Assembly (NCBI GenBank): GCA_043228905.1
Contig: JBHGNT010000005.1
Span: forward strand, 10,912,001-10,976,000
Length of the DNA stretch: 64,000 nucleotides
DNA from: Azolla caroliniana
Lineage: Eukaryota > Plantae > Polypodiophyta
Direction: 5' to 3'
Shown: positions 1 through 14,898 of the stretch, piece by piece
Position numbering within the stretch: the first letter of the stretch is position 1
Layout: every line of letters starts with the position of its first letter
Translations under genes and position numbers: made by a program
The notes under the pieces: generated by a model
Seen by the model: only the letters and a program-made list of their open reading frames with translations
Told to the model about the DNA's origin: nothing
The model's database searches: none

Positions 1-1928
1 TGATTACAATGCATGGGGTTTTAAAGCACCCATGTGTGAAAAGAATACAGGACCGTATGCTCATTTTCATTTAGGCCCATATCAATCATTGGAAATGGTG
101 TGAGTTCCTTCTTAGCTAACGTTGGTTTTAGGAAAATGGATTTGTTTTTGTTTGCACATATGGAATTTGAAGGATTGAGATAATTGAAATTTTGAATGTG
201 TATACTTATTTCTATGAATTTTCAATGGGGCAAGTTTGAGCCTTTCATGAGCTTGCAAGTCCCTCCCCCCCCAAAAAAAATACATTATGGGTGCCACATG
301 TGCAGGTTGTTAATGATTTCAATGAAAAGTTTGCACTTAGCCGAGATACATTCAAGTGAGATGGAGAGCAAAAGATTTGTACAAGGTAGTTGATGTGGAA
401 ATGAATGACCTCTCTTCCCTCCCATTTGACGATGTCCCTTTCCTTCATCATTGTGTGAAAAGAATATAGGGCGTATCCCATGTTTACATTTATCAATAAC
501 ATGGGAAATGGGGTTGGCCCTTTGTCTATACTGAGTAGACTTTGATTACAATGCATGGGGTTTTAAAGCACCCGTGTGTGAAAAGAATACAGGACCGTAT
601 GCTACATTTTCATTTAGGCCCATATCAATCATTGGAAATGGTGTGAGTTCCTTCTTAGCTAACGTTGGTTTTAGCAAAATGGATTTGTTTTTGTTTGCAC
701 ATATGGAATTTGAAGGATTGGGATAATTGAAATTTTGAATGTGTATACTTATTTCTATGAATTTTCAATGGGGCAAGTTTGAGCCTTTCATGAGCTTGCA
801 AGTCCCTCCACCCCCAAAAAAAATACATTATGGGTGCCACATGTGCAGGTTGTTAATGATTTCAATGAAAAGTTTGCACTTAGCCGAGATGCATTCAAGT
901 GAGATAGAGAGCAAAAGATTTGTACAAGGTAGTTGATGTGGAAATGAATGACCTCTCTTCCCTCCCATTTGACGATGTCCCTTTCCTTCATCATTGTGTG
1001 AAAAGAATATAGGGCGTATCCCATGTTTACATTTATCAATAACATGGGAAATGGGGTTGGCCCTTTGTCTATACTGAGTAGACTTTGATTACAATGCATG
1101 GGGTTTTAAAGCACCCATGTGTGAAGAGAATACAGGACCGTATGCTCATTTTCATTTAGGCCCATATCAATCATTGGAAATGGTGTGAGTTCCTTCTTAG
1201 CTAACGTTGGTTTTAGGAAAATGGATTTGTTTTTGTTTGCACATATGGAATTTGAAGGATTGAGATAATTGAAATTTTGAATGTGTATACTTATTTCTAT
1301 GAATTTTCAATGGGGCAAGTTTGAGCCTTTCATGAGCTTGCAAGTCCCTCCCCCCCCAAAAAAAATACATTATGGGTGCCACATGTGCAGGTTGTTAATG
1401 ATTTCAATGAAAAGTTTGCACTTAGCCGAGATGCATTCAAGTGAGATGGAGAGCAAAAGATTTGTACAAGGTAGTTGATGTGGAAATGAATGACCTCTCT
1501 TCCCTCCCATTTGACGATGTCCCTTTCCTTCATCATTGTGTGAAAAGAATATAGGGCGTATGCCATGTTTACATTTATCAATAACATGGGAAATGGGGTT
1601 GGCCCTTTGTCTATACTGAGTAGACTTTGATTACAATGCATGGGGTTTTAAAGCACCCATGTGTGAAGAGAATACAGGACCGTATGCTCATTTTCATTTA
1701 GGCCCATATCAATCATTGGAAATGGTGTGAGTTCCTTCTTAGCTAACGTTGGTTTTAGGAAAATGGATTTGTTTTTGTTTGCACATATGGAATTTGAAGG
1801 ATTGAGATAATTGAAATTTTGAATGTGTATACTTATTTCTATGAATTTTCAATGGGGCAAGTTTGAGCCTTTCATGAGCTTGCAAGTCCCTCCCCCCCCC
1901 CCAAAAAAAAGAAATACATTATGGGTGC
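1..1928. repeat. Tandem array of a 542-543 bp unit (3 full copies + ~300 bp partial; may extend left of the window)
   Basis: Unit start TGATTACAATGCATGGGG recurs at 1, 543, 1086 and 1628. Copies differ by a few substitutions and by C/A run length. The ORF track repeats with the same period. Confidence 0.97.
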
Positions 1929-4299
1929 TATGAAATGACTCGAATAATTATAGATTAGATGATGGGATGTTGATTTCCTGGTGCGATGCTTGATCAAATA
2001 ATTTTATGAGCATGACGAATGTGAGTGTCATCGTGGTTAAATCCACACGCATCAAGAATTATGTGACTATAAGATTATAGATTCCATGCAAATTGTGTCT
2101 GTGTGTCTTATGTTTGACTAATTGTGGTGAAAATGTTGAATCATGAATTGTACTAAGATATGTATTTTTTTGTATATCTTTAGAACTTGTTGTTATGATA
2201 ATAAATAAGATATTTCACCTTATTGATAATGACTCATGCTCGTAGCTCTTGTAGCCATATGGTTGCGACTCCTTTATGTGTATATATATGTATATATTGA
2301 CAAGGAAACAAATTTGGCAGTGCATACATATTGTTCATGTCATGGCAACTTTCACATGTCATATATGATCAATATACATGAAAATATGAATGCCTTTCAT
2401 GATATGAATACATACCTGTTGGAGTCTAGTCCTATGTGTGTTTTTTTGTGGGGTAGGGAGGGTAGAAGTTCTTTTAAGTTAAACTTTAACCTAAGAATTA
2501 TTTTCATAAGATAGATTACCTTTTCCTCTACTACATAGAAAGCCCCATTGATACAAGTCGAGTTCTAAATGGCAATATGTGGTGAATAACCAATTAGATT
2601 TTTGGCTTTTATAATAACATGCTTAAGGAGCTTTGTGGTGGTCGTAAGACAATATAAAATGACATGATGAGGTTAAACTTTGTCCAGATGAAACAATTGG
2701 GTTCGGTACTTCATAAGTATTCTTAATGTTACAAATATGCAAGAGTCGGTGCTCAAACACCATACTATTATCACTTGACTATATGTAGAAGTTTGTCTTT
2801 TATAAAGACGTCAAAAGGAGAGACAAGCAAGCTTTAATCTAGCATTGCCACCCATGTTGAACATTATGGTGGAACCCATATGTTTAAAGTAAAATGTCTT
2901 AACCTGAAACATTTATGTGCATGTTGCACTATGGGAAATTTGACACTCATGATGTAAACATGTAGGTTCAATCGCAATATTTTTCTATTTTGTTGTGAGC
3001 AAATAAATGTTTTACCACAATATCAAGTAAAGAACATCTAACCATAAAACACAATCATTATCATGACACTGGGAATCCATGGAAATTTTGTACTACATTA
3101 GGCATCTAATCAAAATCACACAGTCCTTAATGCCATTAGAATTGTGTCATGTGACCAATGCATATAATTTGCGCATCTAGTACTATGTCACTATAAAATG
3201 CATGTATATATAGTGTCTAGTTTTATATGACACTCATTTTTCACATATTGGTGCGTTACATACATGTCTCGAACCATTCATGACAAAGGGATGGTCAAAT
3301 AATGCACTTTGATAGAAATAAAAACTTTAGTTATAGACCATGAATTACAATGATCTTGGTATGTAAATTGTTACAAAATATTTGTTGATCGTATTATAGC
3401 AATTGCATTCATAGAGAACACTAAATCAAGATTTTTAGAGCCTATTTGGACAAATCTCAAAGAAAGAGCGAAAAAAGAAAGAGTGTTAAGTGATGCTTTT
3501 GAAAAATTGCATTGGCTCAACTTGTTTTGTTAATTTATTTTGCCCATAGTGAGAATGCATTTGCCTTCCTTTGGAACAATCGAAATCAAGTTCATTTCGT
3601 AAATCATTAGCTTATTTCGGAATGGTTTAGAGTAAAGTTTTCTGTTCATTCGCGCTGTCTTTTGTTTTTTTATTTATTCGTCATCATTGTAACATGTTTA
3701 GATGTGACATGCGGACTGTAATGATGCAAGAGGACAAAAGAGAAACAAAGTATTATGTATGGCACACATGTTTGGTAAAAGAAGCAATTGCGTGTTTATT
3801 TCTTCTTCTTTGTTCTTTCTAGAATAATAATAATAATAATATCAACAACAATACATGAAGACAAGCTTTTCTCCTTCATATTATTTATTTAGCTTGAAAA
3901 TCGAGCTCTAGATTTTAGCGTATCTAGTGGTCAAAGAGTAGTAAAAAGGGTCGTATCGTTGTTCACCAAACCCTCATTTTAACTTGGACAGTGGGTGGCA
4001 TGTGGTGTGTATGACTAACTAGTGTTACAAACACAAACACAAACACAAACATACCATACACACACCCTAAAGTTCCAATGCTATATTAATATGGATGGGT
4101 CAAGGGTTGTGGGCCTTGCATGCACCGTGTGCGGCTGCCCGCAGAGTGAGCACTCCTACAAAAAGGGTCAAACCCCCCCTCCAATGGGGGGGGGGGGGGA
4201 ACACCAAAACCCCATAATTATATTTATTCTTCTCTATCACATGCTAGTGTGACGCTCGTTTGGTTCAGTCGATCTATTCTATACATCGAGAGAGTTACG

Positions 4300-4300
4300 T

Positions 4301-4333
<33 letters not shown>

Positions 4334-4647
4334 GTATGTATACACCATATGTGTTATGTAAAATGGGGAGGGACCTAGAGGGGGGTGGGCATGTCGTATT
4401 AGTAGTAGTAGACTGTAGTAGTTACTAGTAGCGTCGCTAGTGGTAGTCGTATGTATGTAATAGTAGTAGTATACTATACATACTATACTACTACTATGTA
4501 GTACATACATACATACACAGTTAGTAAGTAGTAGAGATACATAGATATTTCTGTCTTTTTCTTTTTACCGAAAAACAACCCACACCCAACTAAACACAAT
4601 CTCTCTCTTTCACACACAAAAAAAAGGGCTGTTTTTTCTTGAGACGA

Positions 4648-4692
<45 letters not shown>

Positions 4693-4964
4693 TAGCCATT
4701 TCTTCTTCTTCTCGTCTTCCATCATTTTTCATCTTCCTTTCCTCTCCATCTCCCTTCTCTCTCTCTCTCTCTCTCTCTGCGCTTTAATTACTCCTTTGCT
4801 TATCATTAAGCTTCGTTGTCACACATATCATCATCATCCTCTTCTTCTTCTTCTTCTTCTTCTTCTTCTTCTTTCCTTTCCTTTCCTGAATCCTTTCCTT
4901 CCACACCATTCTCTCTCTTCCCTCAATCCCCTCCCCTTTCTTCTTCTTCTTCTTCATCTTCCCT

Positions 4965-5038
<74 letters not shown>

Positions 5039-5213
5039 GCTTGGGTTCCTCTCGCTTTCTCTCTCTCTCTGTCTGTCTCTGTCTGTCTCTGTCTCTCTCT
5101 CTGCGCTTTAATTCCTCCTTTGCTTATTTTTAAGCCTCCTTATCACACATCATCATCATCATCCTCTTCTTCTTCTTCTTCTTCTTCTTCTTTCCTTTCC
5201 TTTCCTTCCACAC

Positions 5214-5252
<39 letters not shown>

Positions 5253-5295
5253 CTCAATCCCCTCCCCTTTCTTCTTCTTCATCTTCTTCTTCTTC
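4300..5295. repeat. Microsatellite-dense promoter/5'UTR region of AXS: (TA)n, (TAG)n, (CA)n, (CT)n, (CTT)n, with a local tandem duplication
   Basis: Read directly. The block ctctgcgctttaatt...ccacaccattctc...ccctcaatcccctcccc occurs at ~4775-4960 and ~5099-5290, each preceded by a (CA)n run. Confidence 0.9.
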
Positions 5296-5306
5296 AGTAC
5301 CCACCC

Positions 5307-8300
5307 ATGGCTTCTGATTCTTCTTCTACTGCGCGTCTCGACCTTGACGGGAACCCCATTCCTCCTCTCACCATCTGTATGATCGGAGCTGGTGGATTCA
5401 TCGGATCTCACCTCTGCGAGAAACTGATGTGGGAAACTCAGCATACAGTGCTCGCCATTGATGTCTACAGCGACAAGATCCAACACCTGCTTGAACCCTC
5501 TCAGCCATGGAGCGAACGCATTGAGTTCCATAGAATCAACATCAAGCATGACTCGCGCCTTGAGGGCCTCATCAAGATCTCTGACATGGTAGAGTATCTT
5601 CATCATCACCATCACCATCTCTCTCTCCCTCTCTCTCCCTCTCTCTCTCTCTCTCCTCCATGTGTAGTCGCACATACATTTCGCTCTCCTCTCCTCTCCT
5701 TCTGCGTCCACCATTGTTTCTTTCTTTTCTCAAAATTTGGCAGTTCCTCGGATCGTATATGCATTTGCATTTACCACGGATTTCGTATCGTGGTTAGCCT
5801 CTCAGAAGTCCCCCTCTTCTTCTGTGTTTACTATTTTTGTTCCGGAAGTGTTTTTGGCTTCCATTGCTGCTTGGTATTGAGCTCAGATATTGATGATGCT
5901 TGTCTCTCCTCTATAATTGCTTTATGAAAGAAGGTCAACAGACAATGAAGCTAGGGTGTTCGACTATTTTTCTTGAATCATTTGCTTCGTTTCGAAGATT
6001 GTTCTCTTTAAAATCCGTGTTTGAGACAATGTCTCTCCGAGTCTCAATACTCCCATTGTGGTGTAACTGCTTTGATCTTCTTCTTGTTTAACAGGTGATA
6101 AACTTGGCTGCTATTTGTACCCCAGCTGACTACAACACCCGACCGTTAGATACAATATACAGCAACTTTGTGGATGCTCTACCAGTGGTATGTAATAATG
6201 CGTTTTTAGGGCGTAGAAGTGAAGGAAAGACCTAATGCCATTGCTGTTTGTTGTGGAAGGTGCGCTATTGCTCAGATAATGGCAAAAGACTTATCCATTT
6301 CTCGACTTGTGAGATTTATGGGAAGACTGTTGGCAGCTTTCTTCCAAAAGATAGTCCTCTCAGACAGGTATGAGTTCTACTTGTCCAATCTTCACTTCTT
6401 TGGCTAGTAGGGAAACAGACCTCATCACTGGTCGATTTTAAGTCTTGGTTGTGTGTATTCATTAGAAATCGTAAAATCTCTCTAACCACTAGAATATACT
6501 TGTGGATAGTTCAAATGTGCTAGGAGTTGTGATGTCGGGAATTTATTTATTTCCATTCGAATGGATTTGCATCAGTGGAGTTAATGGCCTTGTTAACAGA
6601 TTGGCTGACAAGTTTTTGAAATTAATCGTATGACATCAAGTTGTCTGTTTCCATTTTTTTTTTCTCTTACAGGATCCGGAATTCTATGTGCTGAGTGAGG
6701 ACACATCGCCTTGTATATTTGGTCCTGTGGAAAAGCAACGTTGGTCTTATGCATGTGCTAAGCAATTGATTGAAAGGGTTATTTATGGTAAACCGTGTGA
6801 TCTTGTAATTGGTTAAACAGATATTTTTTGAGCTTCCTTTTTGCAAGATGTATGGTTAATCTCCTTGGTTTTTTACCGGAATGTTATGATGTGTATGTAG
6901 GTGAGGGAGCAGAGAATGGACTTGAGTTTACAATTGTCAGACCTTTTAATTGGATTGGTCCTCGGATGGATTTCATTCCTGGAATTGATGGTCCAAGTGA
7001 AGGTGTGCCTAGAGTTCTTGCTTGCTTCAGCAATGTAAGTAGAGTCATTGTTTTTATTATTAATCTGTGTGTTCAGAAACTTGATGTTGATGTGTTTGTT
7101 TGGGTGATAATTGACGTTGAACTCATGATGTTTCTTCCAGAATCTCTTGAGGGGAGAACCTTTGAAACTAGTGGATGGTGGTATCTCCCAGCGAACATTT
7201 GTGTACATTAAGGATGCCATTGAAGCTGTGCATCTGATGATTGTAAGATTGTCCTGTCTTAGCACTAGTTATTTAGTGTTTCACACATATGGAGTGCTAC
7301 AACAACATTATTCTTCAATGCAGGAGAATCCTCAAAGAGCAAACGGACATATCTTCAATGTCGGAAATCCCAACAATGAAGTTACTGTGAAGGAGCTTGC
7401 TGAATTAATGGCTGAGGTTAGTTTGCTAGTTTTTGAAAGATAACGGGTAGGTTATTATTCGTGAGATGGATTTTCTCTTTCTAATATTTTAGGTTTGCAC
7501 TCTTCTCCGTGATATACATTTTGTTTAAACCATTTATGATTTTTTGTATCATTTGGTTTTTCATTGTATAATCCATTTCTCTCTCTCTCTCTCTCTGTCC
7601 ATACACAATTTCTTTTCTCTGTTTGATTTTGTAACTCACCTGTGTTTGTTGTGCGCACTCACTCATTCACATTAACTGGAAAATCTAAATGTGGCCAGCT
7701 AGGATTTGGAAAAAACATAGCCTTTGAAGTCCATACAAACCTAGCCGAACCAAAATCCTATTGAGCAAACAAGAGAGGTTAATGTTTGCTTGCAAGGACA
7801 AATAATAGCTTTAGCCCGTTATACATCGAGTAAGATATATCTGAAATTAATGTCAGTTAATGGAAGTTCTATTCCGTCATTGTACTAAAAATGTCTAACC
7901 CCAGTCATTCATGCTGCTAAACAAAATAGAAATATTTATATTGAATATAATTTAATTCCTTGCATTTTGATTGCCGAGCTTATGTTTTTTTGGGTCAGAT
8001 CTACAGCAACGTCAGTGAAAAGCCTATGCTTGAGATACCAACCATTGATGTAAGCTCGAAGGAATTCTATGGAGAGGGTTATGATGATAGCGATAAGAGG
8101 ATTCCTGACATGACAATAATTAAAAGACAGCTTGGTAAGTAATATAACTTTATTTGTATAATTCTATATCTTCTCATAGGCTTGTTATCAATAGAAGTGT
8201 GATTTGCGTTTGTGTGTATGTAATATAGGATGGGAACCGTCAACTTCTTTGCCAGATCTCTTGCATACAACTCTGACGTATCAGCATAAAACCTATGCCA

Positions 8301-8344
8301 ATGCTATCAAGCAAGCTCAATCAAAAGCGTTGGCTTCACACTGA
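5307..8344 (+). CDS. AXS: UDP-D-apiose/UDP-D-xylose synthase (extended SDR, NAD-dependent), 9 exons, 392 aa
   Basis: Exons 5307-5588, 6095-6187, 6260-6367, 6673-6787, 6901-7034, 7141-7242, 7324-7416, 7999-8134, 8229-8344. All introns are GT-AG; total 1179 nt in frame. Motifs: RLDLDG N-terminus, GAGGFIG (Rossmann), NLAAICTPADY, FSTCE, WSYACAK (YxxxK), RPFNWIGPRMDFIPG, YGEGYDDSDKRIPD. Confidence 0.96.
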
Positions 8345-9908
8345 ATAAGTAATGACAGTGCGGTGGTCTTTGTGCTGAGTTTTGTTCTCTGGCCCATTTA
8401 AAATTTGATGTTTCTTGCAAACCTGCCTGCCTTAATATTTATTTTATCTTTGACCAATTCTTTACTGGTTGATCATCATCATATATAAAGAGCTTATAAC
8501 CAGGCCTTGTGCTAAGTTCTTGCAAATGATGTGGCCTTTAATTTCCGAAGAAAAGTTTTGCTTTGTTTTATTTATTTGCATATCTTGGATCTTATATGCT
8601 CTGGTTATGTACAAAGCTTTCTTAAATAATAAGAAAATGTTTTAGCAAAGGTGTTTTCTTAAGGATGTTTGTTTTTAGCTGAACTATTTGTAAAAGTCAA
8701 TGTTTCTGTATAGCTCTTTTTTAAATAACTATATTTTCATCCCAAACGATCTAGGCTTTTGAGAGTTTCTTTAAAAGCCATTGTACTGTGGATACCATGC
8801 TTGTTTTTTAATCAAAGGTTCAAGTAAAGTAGATTGATTTTACTTTTATAAATGATCTTAAAAAGCCATACTAATAGCATGTACGGTTGTTATGATGGAT
8901 AACTATGACGGAATGCATAATTTATAGCAATTAAGATGTGAACGGACTCCTATTAACACTTTTAATGTTCTTTTATTATTAAACTTTACCCATATATCTG
9001 TAAGCCCACAAGTTGTATGCCCCAACATACCAAATTATTTTATTTCAAATGACAACTTGCTCTCAACCACCACTCTATTTTGAATTATAATTACACATAG
9101 ATAAAGCTGTTTGGATGTAACAAGATCCCTTCTAAACACATAATGCCCTGATTCGGTGATGCTTTTACACATCAATCACTCCACAAGCTGTAAGGCCCTA
9201 TTCAGCCAACAATGGCACATCTAATGACAACTTGCTACCCTGTCCTCTCTGGAAAAAAACTACCCAGTGAGGATAAAGTCATGACTCATGACAATGCTTT
9301 TCACCCACCCATCACGCATTAAATGAAAGAATAGACTATTGAATCAAATAACAATGCTTTGTCTTTACTTTGGTTTGTATATTTGTATATGTAAGTTTTT
9401 TGCTTGAGCTTTAGTTCAAGAAACTTAGCATATCCAAATCAATGCTCAATAGCTATCCTAGCATTCTCATAATCTCGAATGGTCTAATGGTTTTATGAAA
9501 ACATTACATTGTGCACCTCAAGATTTATGGACAAAATGAATGGCTGCATCGATACAAAAAATAACAGATTTGTCTGGTATACGCAGTTGGTTCTATTCCA
9601 GTTTGACTTCTGAAATGTTAAAAAAACTCATTTTTAGTTTGAAAAAATCTATCAGTGTGCATTTTCAAGGGCTAATGTCGATCTAACTCCAGAAATTCTG
9701 AGGGCTAAAGATTTATTATCTTTTGGGAAAAATACTCCACAAAAGGTAGTATTCGTGAGGTAGAGGGCAGTTGAAATTTATTCGTCATAAAAAAAGCCAT
9801 TACTGGTGACTTAGTTACATCAAAACTGAAAGGGCAGACAATTCTTACAATGTCGGTTGAAGTGAGATATTGTATAAGCCGATGCATGTGCTAAGAGTAA
9901 GTCAACTA

Positions 9909-9951
<43 letters not shown>

Positions 9952-10782
9952 CTTTCTTGTTGGTTTCTGCCACTTGTAGAAGTTCATATATCCCCATCAC
10001 CTCTCTCATGCAAACCTGGCAAACGGTAGTAATGAGAAAAATGATGTTCTTGAAAAAGCATCAAGAAAGTTGACATACTTCACATGGCCAAACCCATCAG
10101 AGTAAGCTACTGAACGGGATCACATCACTATCTAAAGAATTACGAATAATCCGTAAAACTATACTTGGGAGGCAAATCCTGATTCTATATGTAGATTTTA
10201 TTTTTGTACACAGCCAAAATACCCTGAAATTTTCTTTCATTGAATGCTCCTACATTCTTGTTATATCCTAAAGAATTCCCTTGGCAACTCCAACGGCCAG
10301 TTACATGTTGATGATTAAGTAATTGCATGGCCAATTCATTCCCTTTCCCTCAAAATTACGAGGCTTTAGGAAAAGAACAAAAAATAAAGAATTAAAGATA
10401 AAACCCTGGTCAGAAGTTTTGCCTAAAAATAGACACGCTGAAAAGGAATGGTGAATCTGCACATCCATCTATTAGATTAAAACAACATCTCCTACATTCA
10501 AACCTTCTTTATTGCTTGTATCATCATACATTATACACTCTTAATGCTTCTTACTGTCCCATTTATGCAAGACATTCTTCTCAATTTAGGCAAAATTTGA
10601 ACTAAAACTCGTTTAAGATTGACTTGATTTTCAAAGTTGATTAATCCAATCAAAATTTCTTAGGAATCAGGACCTACAAATCTGTCTTTACAAGTGTTTT
10701 ACCTCATTACAATGGTAAAATATGATATTATTCAGTTGCATAGAAAAACTTCCAACTTGTAACATGTTAAAAGTTCACTGTA

Positions 10783-13700
10783 TCAGACTTGATTGCAGTA
10801 CACAGCATCTACATCGTCAAGCTCCAATAACTTCTCCATCAGTGCCTTATTTAGGTCTACTGCTTCATCATCTGGCTGCAAAGAAATTAGAAAAAAACAT
10901 TTGTAAGGGAATTAAGAATATGAAATGATAAATGTGCTTTCCGGTTTCTAGGAGATATTAGCATTATGGGTTAGAAAAGCAGGTTGTGAGCAATTAAAAG
11001 CAAAGTTTGTACAACAATGGAGTTTCCAGATTGAGATATTCACCTCTAATGCAGCTGTAGGTACATGCTCAAGCCCTGAGTTTTGAGGATCAACAGGGAT
11101 ACCAGCTTCTTGCAATTTCTTAAATATGACACCATATTGATCTGCAGGAGTAATCACTTTAAAGTACCTGAAAAAGAGATAAAAAAAGAAATATATATTA
11201 ATGTCTACAAGACATCAACATGGCCGATGGAACACAACAGACATTAAATCTTTCACTATGATGTCTCATCGTGAATATCAATGAACAATGTGAATAAAAT
11301 TGCCCAGCATTCTAATTTAGGGGCAAATTTGGAATACTCTAGAGTTTTTTTTACTTACCTGAATGAGTGATTTTTCTCTATTACCCCAAATGTCCCCAAG
11401 TCCGCCATTAAAGAGCAATTATGTGATCAGTTCATCCTCTTTTTCTCAATCATATGTGCTATTTGAGCAATTACATGGTCGGTTTACCCCCTTCTTCATA
11501 TAATTGGGGAAATAATAAAAACTTGGGGACATTTGCCTATTCCCGTCACGCAACTCTAATATTCTTATCCACAAAGATACCATCGAGACACAGAATATTG
11601 GTCGCAAAAGAATGAGAACTCACTTCTCAGACAGATCATTTGGGTCGTCGTCTTCATAGAATGTTGGCTCAACAACATCTTCAGCTCCCGCATCCATGGC
11701 AGCTGCAAGAAGGGCATCCGCTTCTATCTTATCTGCCCTCACATTCACTACACCTGCTTTCCGAAAGTTGAATAGAACAGAGCCAGGATCTGCCATTTTA
11801 CAGCCGCTCTTTCGTACCACATCACGAACATTAGCTGCTGTACGATTGAGATTATCTGTAAGGACCTCTATAATGATGCCCACACCCCCATATCCATATG
11901 CCTAAAAGTAAAAAAAAAACTGCAAGTTACCTAATAGCCAGCTAGGATTTCACTATTAAAGAGTATCTTCCTATCATACAAATACAATATATATTTGATC
12001 ATATTTCACATATTCTTGTTACTTATTCAAGTAACATGATCATTGAGACCCCCACCTCGTAGGTTACTGCTTCATAATCTTGCTGCCCCTTTTCTGAGGC
12101 TTTTTTTATGTTCCTCTCAATGATGTCCTTGGGGATATCAAAATCTTTTGCATACTGTAGTAATGTGGCCAATGCAGAATTTGCAACTGGATTTGGGGAT
12201 CCTCCTTTCTTGACTCTGAGAGAGAAATAAACATGTTACTTGTTTTAAGAGCTTCACAGTATCCAAAAGTTAACAAGTAGCAAATAAAGTAACATACGCT
12301 GATACAATCTCTTTGCCAAACTTCCCATAAAGCTTTGCCTTTTTGGCATCCTGTGCCCCCTGGTCAAGGCAAAATCACTGTTCAACAGCAATGATGAGGA
12401 TTAACACATGTAAAGAGATATAGGAATCTGCTACCTTAGAACAATTCTTAACTTTCATACATACATCTTACAATGACATCAAATATGAAATAAGACTTCA
12501 ATGAACTAAGATTACTTCAATATTATTGAAATTACTATCTAGCAATGCTCATATTTATTTCTATGAACGAAAAGAGGTCGACCCTTCCATGTCAGCCATT
12601 ATACTTGGATGCATGAGCTGTAATGCAGCCAGGTTTTCCACTCCACTGACATGAGTTCCAATAGAAATGATAATAGCAAGTAACCTTGTCACAAATGATA
12701 ATACCAAGAAACAGAAAAAGGGGAGCACAATAATGCCTCATGCATAAATGGGTTAGCTCTTCTATCAACTCCACACATACCAAAGGCAGCAACCCAAAAA
12801 AGGAGCCAGCCATCCAAGTTTCTATAGATACTCTGTTTGTGATGGATATTGAATCGATCAGTTTACAGATATAGATATGATCACATTAAAAGAAATAACA
12901 AAAGTTAGGCGAGATACAGGATACTCTCGTATATTAACAAAAATTACACTCAAGTATGAAATTGGAGGATGTTAACAGTACGAAAATTTGGAAAAGAACG
13001 AATATTTTAATTCTGTTAGAATCAGATAAATAGGCTACTCAGATTGTGAAAAACAGATTGAGATAGTAAATCTATCACTACAGAATTTTCAAAAAGACAA
13101 AAATCTAGACCAGCTTGAGCAGATTAATTCCTTTAGGCCAAGACAGCCTTTTTTCCTTGTGTTCCATTATGTTCGCCCTTTCAAAAAGCAAATATGTAGC
13201 ATAATTTCTGTTGTTCTTCTTTGAATTCAAATGCAACACATGTAGAAACACTACCATTGAAAGAAGGAGAGAACCTTTCTCATTGCAATTTTAGATGACC
13301 TTCTACCCATTTGCACAGGTATCGTAGTCCACAACTTTCTGCTTCTCATTAATAACCCACTTTGATCATATGGATCATACACGAACTGATGACATGGATG
13401 AAAGAAGGATGATTTATTGTTCATCGAAATAGATTTACAGAAACCAAACCCTTCAGCATGAACTTTCTGACTGCTTCCTATAGTTGCAAAAGCCCTGCAG
13501 CTGGGACTATTCTTCCAAAACACTAGCTTGCATGAATGTTCCACAGAAATCCCCAACGCTATAAAAATGAAACATAAGGGTTAGAGCCATAATCCAATTC
13601 AAATGATTTCAACTACATAGAACATCAAAATAAACACTTGCTTGTTAAGAAATACGTAAGACTTTGGAAAATAGCATTGAAGAAGCACAAAGTTTGGCCT

Positions 13701-14818
13701 ACATAAGATTGGAAGTTTAAAAGAATACCACGTTTATTAATTCAGATGATGTATACTATTTAAACACTCGCATATTCTCAAAGGTTTCAGGTGAGTGTAG
13801 TAATTTTATGTAGATGAAACAAATTTTATTTTAAAAGCAAAAATTGTGTATGCTGTGGATGGTTAGGTTAATTGAAGTGGTGGGTAAAGAAAAGATATCT
13901 TCGAGACCAAAAAAATGAAGTTTGCCGTAGAAGAAATGCTTTATATGAGCTTTATGTAAGAGGAAAAAGCAAACTTCTGCTCCAATATTATGTATAATTT
14001 AACGTTTTGGCACAGGAAGGTCAGAGAACCCTTCATTTCAGAAGCGGAGAGATATGAAACACAATGAAACCGCCACAGTCCTGCAGCTTTTAGACGTTCA
14101 CATATATGTTTCTGGAGTGTATGATATGATGGTATAAGTCGAATGTGCAAGCACCATCAAACAAGAAAATGAATGTAGCACAGAAAGGAAGATTTTCTAC
14201 TTCAATAATATGAACGTTTCCTTGAATCTAATTCTAAAAATATTTCTGCTCCAAACCTGGAAGTCTTTAGCCCATTAAAAACGTGTGCTACAATAATAGA
14301 GATGATGAAGGGCAGCGAAACTGCCATAGTTAGTGAGTTTTCGGATAAGATTTCCATGATTGATTTCTGAAGTAGACGACATGACAGTCCATGTACACTA
14401 GGTAACCACAATCAGACCATGTAAAGGCAAGGATTAAGCCCGAATTTTCGTTTCTTATATTACGAAGGTTACATGATTTCTAAATAATATAATTATGAGA
14501 CTTCCAGGATCTCTGAAGAATCATGAATATGATATGAAACTGCGCTTGAACTGTGCACGCAACTCCCAAACCATGTGAAACGAAGAAATATAACTCGAGG
14601 ATGGTAATGCATCGAGAATGGCATAGCTTTGACGGGAAAAAATGACTTTTATTTCACAAATATAGAGATGGTGAACGACGGCATACTAATAATAATATGA
14701 GAGTGAATTCTAGGGTCTAGCACCTGCAAAAGAAGATATTTCTCCTGCTCAGAAATAGGATCGAATTGAGCACGAGATGAGATGATAATGACTGACCTCT
14801 TTTCATGGTTAAGAGCAT
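10783..14818 (-). CDS. YebC/PmpR/TACO1-family protein with an N-terminal extension (probable organelle transit peptide), 7 exons, ~340 aa
   Basis: Exons (5'->3'): 14818-14797 (tentative, MLLTMKR, phase-1 donor GTCAGT), 13558-13275, 12359-12298, 12215-12056, 11901-11624, 11167-11044, 10875-10783. Introns are GT-AG and phases are consistent. Motifs: [94 protein letters not shown]. Confidence 0.92.
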
Positions 14819-14889
14819 CGAGAAATCGATAGAAAGCCTGCAATTTCTCTCAGGAATCTGTTTCCATTAATGCAGTGAGACGGGGAGGA

Positions 14890-14898
14890 TTAGGGTTT
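14890..14898 (-). promoter_or_regulatory. Telo-box (AAACCCTAA) upstream of the YebC-family gene
   Basis: Exact motif ~70 nt upstream of the tentative ATG. Telo-boxes are common in plant translation-related genes. Confidence 0.5.

Noticed and set aside
112-1641. Repeated 61-103 aa ORFs
   Set aside because: They are by-products of the tandem unit and have no recognisable domain.
1930-4260. Possible CACTA/MITE remnants (ATGACAC motifs; weak inverted ends at 4021-4256)
   Set aside because: No convincing TIR or TSD.
4295-5317. Low-complexity ORFs (poly-S/L/K, HT, CV repeats)
   Set aside because: They are translations of microsatellites.
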